DNA from: Candidatus Altimarinota bacterium
Lineage (GTDB): Bacteria > Patescibacteriota > Gracilibacteria > BD1-5 > UBA2023
DNA length: 64,000 nt
Direction of reading: 5' to 3'
Assembly (NCBI GenBank): GCA_041909865.1
Contig: JAYRRZ010000040.1
Coordinates: 10,984-74,983, forward strand
Position 1 is the stretch's first letter; each line of letters opens with the position of its first letter. The translations under genes were made by a program, and so were the position numbers. Positions 10,232 to 18,658 of the stretch are shown in pieces. Under the pieces are notes generated by a model that was not told the origin of the DNA, ran no database searches, and worked only from the letters and a program-made list of their open reading frames with translations.

Positions 10232-10345
10232 CAAATAAAAACACCCGAAAACGGGTGTTATAGAAATGTCTAAAAACAACCCGTTATGCGAGTGGAGTGT
10301 GGATAAATCCAGACCAAGTGATGAGACGTTTTGATATGAGCATGG
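10232..10345 (-). ncRNA. Leader RNA copy 1: conserved 5' core plus intrinsic terminator, 18 nt upstream of the yhhQ ATG
   Basis: The 39-nt core (10306-10344) differs from copy 2 at 2 positions. Terminator hairpin CACCCG-UUUU-CGGGUG (10241-10258) plus a U-run. An upstream ACGGGUUGUUUUU segment mimics the terminator 3' half. Confidence 0.55.
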
Positions 10346-10350
10346 GTGGA

Positions 10351-10379
10351 ATTATAGGGAGAATTTTTAGTTTTTGCAG
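10351..10379 (-). promoter_or_regulatory. Promoter of leader RNA copy 1 / yhhQ
   Basis: On the minus strand, CTGCAA (10379-10374), a 17-nt spacer, then TATAAT (10356-10351). Confidence 0.5.
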
Positions 10380-10398
10380 ATTTGTTTTTGAAGAGCAT

Positions 10399-10566
10399 TT
10401 ATCGTGGTAATTTTTCCCCTGAGAGCTTCTCTGATACTATCCATGTTATCCCGAGAATAATCTCACGAAGAGTTTTACTTAGACGAAAATGAGTATCCAT
10501 CAAACTTTCAGCCTGAAGTTTTCGGAGCTTGTTACGAGCATGTTCTGCATATTCTAAAAAGTTCAT
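10399..10566 (-). CDS. Small hypothetical protein (55 aa) downstream of leader RNA copy 2
   Basis: MNFLEYAEHARNKLRKLQAESLMDTHFRLSKTLREIILGITWIVSEKLSGEKLPR. The ATG lies 15 nt after the copy-2 terminator. No homology recognised. Confidence 0.35.
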   Translation of the reverse strand: MNFLEYAEHARNKLRKLQAESLMDTHFRLSKTLREIILGITWIVSEKLSGEKLPR

Positions 10567-10581
10567 AATTCTAAAGAGAGA

Positions 10582-10718
10582 AAATAAAAAGCACCCAATG
10601 GAACGGGTGCTTTTGTTGGATACAACTAGTTTAGTTAGTAGCAAAAAGAGCAACCCGTGATAGAGAGGTGCACGATATGAATCCAGACCAAGAGATGAGA
10701 CGTTTTGATATGAACATG
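10582..10718 (-). ncRNA. Leader RNA copy 2: conserved 5' core plus intrinsic terminator
   Basis: Core at 10680-10718. Terminator GCACCCG-UUCCAUU-GGGUGC (10591-10610) plus a U-run. An upstream ACGGGUUGCUCUUUUUG segment mimics the terminator 3' half. Confidence 0.55.
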
Positions 10719-10723
10719 AGATA

Positions 10724-10751
10724 ATTATAGAGAAAAGTCCGATAATTGCAA
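10724..10751 (-). promoter_or_regulatory. Promoter of leader RNA copy 2
   Basis: On the minus strand, TTGCAA (10751-10746), a 16-nt spacer, then TATAAT (10729-10724). Confidence 0.55.
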
Positions 10752-10769
10752 GGGAAAAGAACGAAGTAT

Positions 10770-10997
10770 TTATATCTCTGTGAATCTCTGCACTCGCTGT
10801 CCCTGCCATTCGATGATATCGAACCACATCGAGAGTGGACGTGTGTAGAGGTGTCACTCTCCATAGAGCGCACGATAGACCACCATTGCTTCTCCAGTTT
10901 CTGAGTGTTCGGCAATATCAACTACTTCGTATGTGTAATCCTCTCCTCCAGAGGATTTGTAGTGGCGCCAGTGGGAATGGGGAAGAGGGGATTTCAT
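10770..10997 (-). CDS. DUF1653-family small protein
   Basis: HWRHYKSSGGEDYTYEVVDIAEHSETGEAMVVYRALYGE-G-HLYTRPLSMWFD...RFTEI, with one in-frame TGA. Confidence 0.6.
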
Positions 10998-10998
10998 A

Positions 10999-11628
10999 TT
11001 AGAAAGAACTAATAAATTTTATTCAAAGTTCAGATATAACCTTGGAACTATAAACATTTCAGAAATCACCAAAACTATAGGTGTTTGAATGTACTATTAC
11101 AAGTCATTCTATGGCTGGTATACCATCTGAATTAAATGACTTTTTACTAAGCTCACTTAGGTTACTCACTGTATCTTTCTGTTTTAGTATTTCCATTAGG
11201 TCTCAAGAGAAATTAGTAGTAATAATGTGGGTAAGTCTTAGAAATTCATCTTTTGTTAAGAGTCATTTTGAGAATGATAAGAAGATTCGTCATAAGAAAT
11301 ATGGTTTGTGTTCACTCTCAATTTTATCTAATACTTCTAATAATATTTCCTTATTTTCATCAGCTTTCCTTAAAATGTCTTCTTTTTCTTCATCTGAAAA
11401 TTGACTAAACGCATTAATAAATCAATAAAACTTTTTAATCCATAAGTAATTTGAGACTGTTGATTTAATATCTATTAAAGCCAGGACTGTTTTAATTCCT
11501 GGTAACTCTTTTAGAATCCCATCTTTAATTTCAGAATCAATTAATAACTCTCATAAATCAGTTCATAAATCTCATAAAGAACTGGATTTATTAAGAAGAG
11601 AGAATATTCCTTTTGAATCTTCTTTCAT
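10999..11628 (-). CDS. Hypothetical protein (209 aa), very AT-rich and UGA-dense
   Basis: A continuous frame from ATG 11626-11628 to TAA 10999-11001 exists only if 10 TGAs are sense codons. No family recognised. Confidence 0.45.
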
Positions 11629-11642
11629 ATTTTTGAAGATTA

Positions 11643-13676
11643 TTAGTTCTCTAGTACCGCCTTGATACGTCTCACTCCTGCGGAACTGGATTCTTCTTTG
11701 ATGATTTTGAAGCGACCCATATCTTTCGAGTTCTCGATATGGGGGCCTCCACAGAGCTCCTTGGAGTAAGTAATCCCGTTTCCCCCGACCATAGAGTAGA
11801 CCTTCACTATATCTGGATACTTTTCCCAGAATGATCCCTCGACACCGTTTGCGCGGGCTTCTTCTTTTGCCATATTGGTCATCGTCACGATGAGGCCAGA
11901 GTCAATAGCTTCATTGACATAGTTCTCGACTGCTTGGAGTTGCTCGGGAGTCATTTTCTCAGGGTGAGTGAAGTCGAAGCGGAGACGCTCTGCCGTGATA
12001 TTGGACCCTGCTTGGTGGATATGGTCACCGAGAATCTTGCGGAGACCAGCGAGCATCAGGTGACACGTTGAATGGAGTGCTGTGGTCTCTCCTGAGTGGT
12101 CAGCGAGTCCTCCGGCGAATTTGCCAGCGGCTGCGGTACGAGATTTCTCTTGGTGTTCCGCAAATGCCTTATTGAATCCCTCAGTATCAACCGTGAGACC
12201 CTGCTCTCGAGCGAGCTCTATCGTCATCTCGAGTGGGAATCCATAGGTATCAAAAAGTGTAAAGGCTGATCCTCAAGAAATTTCTAATGTATTTTTTAGT
12301 TTCATGAGAATTTTCTCAATTAACGTCATTATTTTATCCAGATTTTCTTCTTTATGTAGAAGTCAATTCAGTTCAAGTATTTCTTCTTCCACTCACCAAA
12401 CTTTATAAAATTGAGAAAAATCAGTTCATTCTAATGTTTTTCCTAATGTTAATCAGGGGGTATTAGAAAATAACGAAACCTGATTTTTCTTATGAAATTC
12501 AATTGATGAAATCAACTGACTTTTCTTATTTAAAATTGAGTTATTATTTAGAGCATCCGTCAATCTTTGAAATTGCTTAATTCCATCCTTGAGCGTCTTG
12601 GAGAATCGAGACTCCTCTCCAGCGAGCTCTGTTCGGATTTTATCTGCATTATTTCGGACGCTCTCATAGATACCAGAGAATTGCTCGATATACATATCGG
12701 CAATCTCCGTCGCAAATGGTTGCTCGTATCCCATCTTGTACGCCTCACGGATAGCACGGCGGATGAGACGACGGAGGATATATCCTTGGTCAATATTCTT
12801 GGGTACGACACCATCAGCAATCATGTGAGTGGCAGCACGGAGATGGTCAGCGATGATGCGGGCACTTCGCTCGATGTAGTTCGCTTCTCCTACGATTGTC
12901 TTGATTTTCGCAAGCACTGGAGCAAAGAGATCTGTCTCGTAGACACTCTTCATCTTGTTGAGCGTCACAGTACAACGTTCTATACCCATACCGGTATCTA
13001 CATTTTGTGCTGGGAGCTTCACGAGTGTCTGTGCGTCGACACGATTGTACTCCATGAAGACATTGTTCCAGATTTCCATCCACATCTTGGAATCAGTTCC
13101 TTTATTCGACCCGCGTGGAGGTTTTCCTTCACCCATGTAGTAAAAAATCTCCGTATCAGGACCACACGGACCAGTTGGACCTGCTGCCCACCAGTTATCT
13201 ATGGCAGGGAGGTAAGCAATACGGTCAGCGGGCATACCGATAGACTTCCAGATATTGGCAGACTCTTCGTCTCTTGGAGCATTGGCATCTCCCTCAAAAA
13301 CAGTTACTGAGATCATATCAGTGTCGAGCGCGAGCCAGTCCTTGCTCGTGAGGAACTCCCAGCTCATGGCGATAGATTCCTTTTTGAAGTAATCTCCGAG
13401 AGACCAGTTCCCAAGCATCTCGAAAAAAGTACAGTGTGTATCGTCACCAACATCATCGATATCACCCGTTCGGACACACTTCTGCACGTCGGCGAGACGA
13501 GTTCCGAGAGGATGTTTCTCTCCGAGGAGGTAGGGAACGAGCGGCTGCATCCCAGCAGTATTAAACAGTACTGAAGGATCATTTTCTGGAACAAGTGGCG
13601 CCGATGGGATGATGGCGTGGTTTTTCTCCCCGAAGAAGTTGAGGTATTTTGCGCGGATTTCGCTAGCGAGGATCAT
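11643..13676 (-). CDS. alaS: Alanine--tRNA ligase, short form (no C-Ala domain) with an about 95-codon AT-rich internal insertion
   Basis: ORFs 12453..13676 and 11643..12227 are in one frame, and the 225 nt between them contains only TGA. Class II catalytic core; editing domain with HSTCHLM...CGGPH; ends AGVRRIKAVLEN. Confidence 0.9.
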
Positions 13677-13890
13677 AGGATTCAGAATTTAGAGATAAAT
13701 ATCGAAACGATTGGCTGATTATAGAAGAAATACCAAAAAAATCCACTCGAAATATAAATTATTGACATATATTCTAATATACATATATTATATAAATCCG
13801 AGTTGTTATCGGCAAGAAAATCTTTTGAGCTCACACTCAAAAATCGTGATTTTTCTCGTCCGAGGTGAGTCGGGTGAGGGAGGAATAGTG

Positions 13891-14019
13891 ATGCATTTCA
13901 CGAAAACTGCCGTGGTGGTCGCCATCGTTGCTTGGATTTTTTGTCCGAGCTGGCTAACAGCTGATCGAGCTATCGCCATTGTTGTTGTTGGTGCGCTCAT
14001 CGACTGGTGGCGCGATTAA
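13891..14019 (+). CDS. Small hydrophobic peptide (42 aa), candidate membrane peptide or type I toxin-like
   Basis: MHFTKTAVVVAIVAWIFCPSWLTADRAIAIVVVGALIDWWRD. Preceded by a strong GAGGGAGG Shine-Dalgarno-like box and followed by a plus-strand intrinsic terminator. Locally GC-rich. Confidence 0.35.
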   Translation: MHFTKTAVVVAIVAWIFCPSWLTADRAIAIVVVGALIDWWRD

Positions 14020-14041
14020 AAGCTTTCTCTCCTCAACGTAT

Positions 14042-14066
14042 GCCGACCTTCGGGTCGGCCTTTTTA
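14042..14066 (+). terminator. Rho-independent terminator (plus-strand polarity)
   Basis: gccgacc-ttcg-ggtcggc followed by cttttt. There is no U-run on the minus strand. Confidence 0.7.
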
Positions 14067-14070
14067 GTAC

Positions 14071-15264
14071 TTAGAGCTTCCTCCGTTCCTTCTCGTCCAT
14101 GAGACTGAGAGTTGTTATGAGCACGATGAGAAGCAGGATGAGTATAACGATTAATTCGCTCCACGACACGGATACGAAGGGGAATATGAGTCATTTGCTC
14201 GAGAGAAAATTCGTTATGTCTTTCATAAAGATACTTGCTCATATACTACAGAGAGCCCCCCCGATAAATACTCCTATTATCGTGAGGATGATTGGCTCTC
14301 AGAGCGTCAGGATTTGTGATTTTTGCCCAAATATTCCGAAGGTGCGAATCATGTGGTAGACCGATGCTGACTCGCGAAATATACCACTCAGTAAGATTAC
14401 GATAATCGTGAATATGATACCTCAGATGAAGGTAAATATCGAGAGGAATATGAGCTTGATAGTAGTGAGTTTTTCTTCGAGTTCCTCGATTTTGTCACTA
14501 TCGAATGAGAGATGGAGATTCTTGTATTTTTCTCTCAGGACTTCTTTACTTTCAGGATTTTTCATATAGGCGGTGACCTTGTAGGGATTGCCGAGGGATT
14601 GCCCGATTTCGTGGAGACGATTTTTTAGGATATCTTCTCTGAGCACGAGTCCGAATCCGGGATAATCTGAGTGGATAGAGGCGATATGTGCTTGGACGGG
14701 TGTTGTGGGTTGTGTGGGCACATTGAAGAGCTTGGATCCACCGACGGTGATGGTAACTGGTTGTCCGATGAGGAACTTCTCGTTCATCTCGGGGAACATA
14801 TTGGTGCTGCCAGCGAATTGAGTGTTATAGTAGTCGAGCATTTTTCGTGAGATGCCTATTTCGTTTTCTCCTAGTGTACCTCATGAGAGAGCAAAAACAG
14901 GGATATCTGTCTCAAGTCCGAAGGAGAAGAGCGAGAACTTCGCGAGAACGGGATACTCGATGAGGGTAAATACTTCGATATCCTTGAGTCCATCTTCTCT
15001 CTGGATTGATGTGAGAGCGTCTGCCCGTATCCCAGCAGAGTCACGAGAAAAGAGGGTAAAGAGATTGGAATCTGCAGTTATCTCAACACGATTGGTATCT
15101 ACTATTGATGAGGAACTATAGTATCTCACGGCGGATTCGATATTTCGATATACGAAAAATAGCCCAATAGATAATACTACTAGGAGTATGATAGTAGTGA
15201 TAAATCCGATTGACTTTGCTCGATGTGATCTCGCGTTAGCGAGTAGAAATGTGATAATCTGCAT
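14071..15264 (-). CDS. ABC transporter permease, FtsX/MacB-like
   Basis: ORFs 14422..14841 and 14881..15324 plus a C-terminal part share one frame across TGAs. N-terminal TM, a large extracytoplasmic domain, and a C-terminal FtsX-type helices region (IFRESASVYHMIRTFGIFGQKSQILTLGEPIILTIIGVFIGGAL). Confidence 0.7.
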
Positions 15265-15895
15265 GAAAATCGATAAAGGTGTCAAAAAATGAATCCGCAA
15301 ATTCCCCATGACTCGAGATAACAAATGTAGTATGATGCTCCTTGTGATACTTTGCGATAAAACCTAAGAGCTTATCTTGTAATAGCTTATCAAGATGTGA
15401 TCCAGGCTCATCGAGGATGATAATCTGTGGCTCGTGGACAAAGGTTCGTATAAGGCTCACTCGTTCGCGTTGTCCTGCAGAGAGTTCACTGAGTTTACTT
15501 AATTCGTACTTCTCCATCTCGAAATACTCGAGTAACTCCCTATACCAAGTCTCATCAATCGGAGTATCCATGATGTTTGCGAGCATCAATATATTGTCTC
15601 TCGTACTCATCTCCTCGAAAAAATCCCCATCAACAAAGTGGTATCCAAAGAGAGTAAAACGATTTCTCTGAAATTCCTCAGCTCTCGAGTTTCCGACGAA
15701 TATAGCTCAAGAAGTTGGTGACAATATACCTCAGGCCAGCTTCAGAAATGTTGTTTTCCCACTTCCTGATGGTCAGGAGATGAGGATCTTCTCTCCAGGC
15801 GATATAGTGATAGAAAAATCCTGGATAATCCGTTGTTGGTTGTACTGAAAGGTGATATCCTTCAGTACGATGGTGTTCGGTTTTCTCTTGACCAT
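15236..15895 (-). CDS. ABC transporter ATP-binding protein
   Basis: Walker A IS-G-PSGSGKTT (TGA at the Gly), signature LSAGQRERVSL, Walker B IIILDEP. Overlaps the permease start. Confidence 0.85.
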
Positions 15896-16866
15896 TATTG
15901 TATCGGTTTGCGTATAGCGTCAGAGAAGCTCGTACTACCCGTGAGAGTTCGGGCAATCTCATCGATACGATAATAATGTCTCGCTTCAGGAAGTGGGAGC
16001 TTTGTATCTATTAGTCCTGCCTGATGGAGTACTGCATCAGAATGAGCTGGAAGAATCGTATATGTTCTTCATTCGAGTTTTTCTTTTCGGAGTGCATTCG
16101 CATGCATGAGTACACTCGTGGTACAGTTGTTCCAGAGAGTATTATAGAATTCCGGTTCACGATTGAGCTTATCCGCACGAATAATCATAGAACGGAAAAG
16201 TGCCTGTACTTTCTCCTTTGGGGTATTGATGGGATACATATATACTTCATTCTTTCTATAGTTGGTTCGTAGTTTTACAACATCGGACTCACTCGCGATG
16301 ACATACTGGATTTCGAACAGATTGAGGATTCCCTTGAGCGCATCGAAAGATTCTCCCCGCTCCTTGCGAAGCTCTGCGGAAATCACTACATTCTTTCCTC
16401 CAGAAAATGAGAAAGAGAGCATCGTATGAGCAGGGCCATCTCTATCTGAAAAAGGAGTGATACTGTAGTATACTTTCTCTATCTCATCTAGATTGAAGCT
16501 ATCAGTATAGTATCCTGGTGTGAATTCTGTATCTGTTTTCCAAGTATGATTGCGGATATTCTCGATGTTTACGATATTTCCAGACCAAGAAATTGTAGGT
16601 AAAACAGCATCCATATCCTCCCAATCTCGATAGAGAGACGGTTTTTGCGAGAGCCACCAAGCCAGTCCTATCGTGAGTACAAGGAGAAATACCAAGAGAA
16701 AAGCTCGCTCGAACCAGTACCAGATAATAGTAAGAGTTTTCCATATGATACAGAGCATTCTCTTCAGAACTATAAACAATATTGGCAGGGTTTTTACTTT
16801 CTTGGTAGTAGTTAGCACTTCTTTTTCTGTTATATCAGGTGCACGGATGACACGACGAGGAGACAT
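15895..16866 (-). CDS. DUF4105 (Lnb N-terminal-like) domain membrane protein
   Basis: ORF 16069..16914 continues through one TGA to TAA at 15895-15897, sharing one base with the ABC ATPase ATG (TAATG). GPAHTMLSFSF, NNCTTSV. Start taken at Met 16866. Confidence 0.5.
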
Positions 16867-16900
16867 AGTTATGAGTAGATTATAGAGATGTAGTATTTTT

Positions 16901-17503
16901 TTATTTCTTCCCAATACAGATGAAGTATTCTTCGAAGCTCCTATCTCGGCAGGCTTTTGGCTTGAATCGCGAGAGTTTTGCGTACTTTTCTTTGATGGGG
17001 CCTATGAGGTCGAGGATATCCTCTCAGACGAATACTTTGAGTACGGTGGTACCTCATTTTTTCAGAAATATATCAGCGACATCGAGGATAGCAAGATTGA
17101 GCTCGATAGAGCGGTATTGATCCACCCCCGTCATACCTGTTGTTGCTGGGGCGATATCAGAAGTTATGAGATCAAATTGTCCAATTTCTAAGCTATCGAG
17201 GAATGTTCGGATTTTCTCAAACTCGAAGACACTTTCTTGGAGGAGATGAATATTGGGGAAACCGAAATTAGGATCAATTTTCTGTATATCTATTCCCACA
17301 ACTTTCCCTGCTTGTCAAACGATTTTTGCAATCACTTGGAGGAAGCTCCCAGGGGCACTTGCGACATCAAGGACGTTCATCTTTGGCTTGATGAGTCAGT
17401 ACTTTTCCTGGATCTCAAGCAATTTGAAGGCACTTCTTGCTCGGTAGCCAAGCTGTTTGGCTTTCTCGAAATACTGGTCATGAACGATGAATTGCTTAGT
17501 CAT
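16901..17503 (-). CDS. rlmE: 23S rRNA (uridine-2'-O)-methyltransferase RlmE/FtsJ
   Basis: YRARSAFKLLEI, VLDVASAPGSF, DLITSDIAPATTGMTGVDQYRS, GGTTVLKVF, KPKACRDRSFEEY. Two or more in-frame TGAs. Confidence 0.8.
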
Positions 17504-17572
17504 AAATTTTGACAATCAAATGAATTCCAATAAGATACTCTGTCGGATTCGCGACAATCCTATTTTTTTTAC

Positions 17573-18169
17573 ATGGAAAATCAAGAGAAAAGGTGAGTAT
17601 ACCTGATTATTGACCTCGAGATGACCGGGTTGAACCCATTTCAACACGGAGTTATTGAAGTGGGGGCAATTGCACTTGATGAGCGCTTTGAGAATGTTGG
17701 GGAGTTTTTTATGGATCTCTGTCCTCCGAACAATGTCATCATTGACCCAAAAGCACTTGAATACAATGGTTTTACTCTTGATCGAATCGCTATGGGAAAA
17801 TCCTATGAAGAATTTTGTGATTATTGGGATGGTTTTTATGAGACACATTTTGCGAATAAACCAATTATTGTCTGACAGTTTGTTACGGCTGATATTGCCT
17901 TTCTTGCGAGTATATTTTTTAATGCTCGTCGAGACAAGCTCTATGAAAAACTCGGAAATGATATTATCGATACCAAGTCAATCGCCAATCAGGCCAATGC
18001 TATTGCCCGCTATAATAAAATGTCTCTCCCATTCAAGAGTACGAGTCTCTCAAAACCAGGTGGACTCGCAGATGTTCTTCATATCACAGACTACACTGCC
18101 CATACTGCCAAAGGTGATATCATGGCAACACGTGAAGCGCTCCTCAGGTTTCTGAAGTTCAAAAAATAA
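17573..18169 (+). CDS. DEDD-family 3'-5' exonuclease (DnaQ/epsilon-like)
   Basis: Exo I motif LIIDLEMTGLNP; C-terminal H-x4-D-like HTAKGDIMATREAL. Two in-frame TGAs. Confidence 0.7.
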
Positions 18170-18216
18170 CTTCCTCAGGAATCACAAACATACGAAGCAG
18201 AAGTATAAAAACAAAG

Positions 18217-18246
18217 AAATCTCCTTGGAAAAGAGGAGATTTTTTG
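18217..18246 (+). terminator. Rho-independent terminator after the exonuclease gene
   Basis: aaatctcct-tggaaaag-aggagattt plus a T-run. Confidence 0.75.
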
Positions 18247-18278
18247 TATAATCCATTTGCTTTGTTTCCATGGTTTCT

Positions 18279-18432
18279 GTCATTCTGGGCTTGTTGAGGA
18301 ATCTGCTCTTGTTTCTGTCATTGCGAAGAATGAAGCAATCCAACCACTACAAGTAATCCATTTCGATCTCGTCATTCTGAGCACCACGAAGAATCCAGTT
18401 CTAAGAGGTCATTTCGAGTGTAGTGAGAAATC
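18279..18432 (+). repeat. Cluster of four S-type hairpin repeats
   Basis: 25-26-nt units at 18279-18303, 18317-18341, 18371-18396 and 18408-18432. All start GTCATT and end GAATC, GCAATCC or GAAATC. Inner arms covary (ATTC/GAAT, ATTGC/GCAAT, ATTTC/GAAAT). Confidence 0.7.
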
Positions 18433-18439
18433 TTCCTCT

Positions 18440-18600
18440 TAATGTTCCTGATACAAGACTTCTGTACTTTTGACGCCAAAAGTACCAAAAGCATTGGGGG
18501 AAGAAAAACTCGTTCGCTTCCACTCTTCAGAAATCTTCTTTCATTTAACTCAAACAGTTCCTTCCCCAAAACCCCGCCGACATCCCTTTTTTCTTCTTGA
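18440..18600 (+). repeat. E-element, degenerate copy
   Basis: Retains hairpin H1 as GTACTTTTG-acgc-CAAAAGTAC (18464-18485), a compensatory change relative to copies 1 and 2. Also retains the ctcaaacagtt motif. Confidence 0.5.
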
Positions 18601-18658
18601 AACAACAAATAAGAATACATTCCAAAGCCCTAAATACTCTCTACTAATACTTCTTTTT

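Noticed and set aside
10280-10345. Resemblance of CUUGGUCUGGAUUUAUCCA in the leader core to the TPP riboswitch segment ACCUGAUCUGGAUAAUGCCAGC. I also tested preQ1-I, because the downstream gene is yhhQ.
   Set aside because: There is no CUGAGA pyrimidine-sensor element upstream on the transcribed strand. The similarity is not maintained in copy 2 beyond UCUGGAU. There is no preQ1-I style short hairpin followed by an A-rich tail ending CUA.
10338-10360. GGGTGGAAT on the plus strand, which resembles the T-box motif GGGUGGUAC.
   Set aside because: It is on the wrong strand relative to the promoter boxes, the terminator U-runs and the downstream genes. There is no aminoacyl-tRNA synthetase or amino-acid gene downstream on the plus strand, and the second copy lacks it.
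13860-14070. The GC-rich island might be an SRP RNA, tmRNA or other housekeeping RNA.
   Set aside because: There is no SRP domain IV motif (GGAA tetraloop with an AGCA internal loop). There are no tRNA-like ends or a tag reading frame for tmRNA. A clean SD-ATG-ORF-terminator layout fits a small peptide gene better, though that too is unproven.
14033-14242. 69-aa ORF MSKYLYERHNEFSLEQ... convergent with the small peptide gene; a possible antitoxin-like partner.
   Set aside because: Under code 25 this stretch is the out-of-frame C-terminus of the FtsX-like permease. The permease frame gives a proper last TM helix (LIVILILLLIVLITTLSL) and a TAA stop at 14071-14073.
18279-18432. Array-like run of four 25-26-nt repeats with short spacers, which at first glance resembles a mini CRISPR array. 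A similar run lies at 40114-40216.
   Set aside because: The repeat units differ from each other at many positions. The spacers are only 9-29 nt and irregular. No cas genes are nearby. The same units occur singly all over the window. This is a REP-like hairpin family, not CRISPR.
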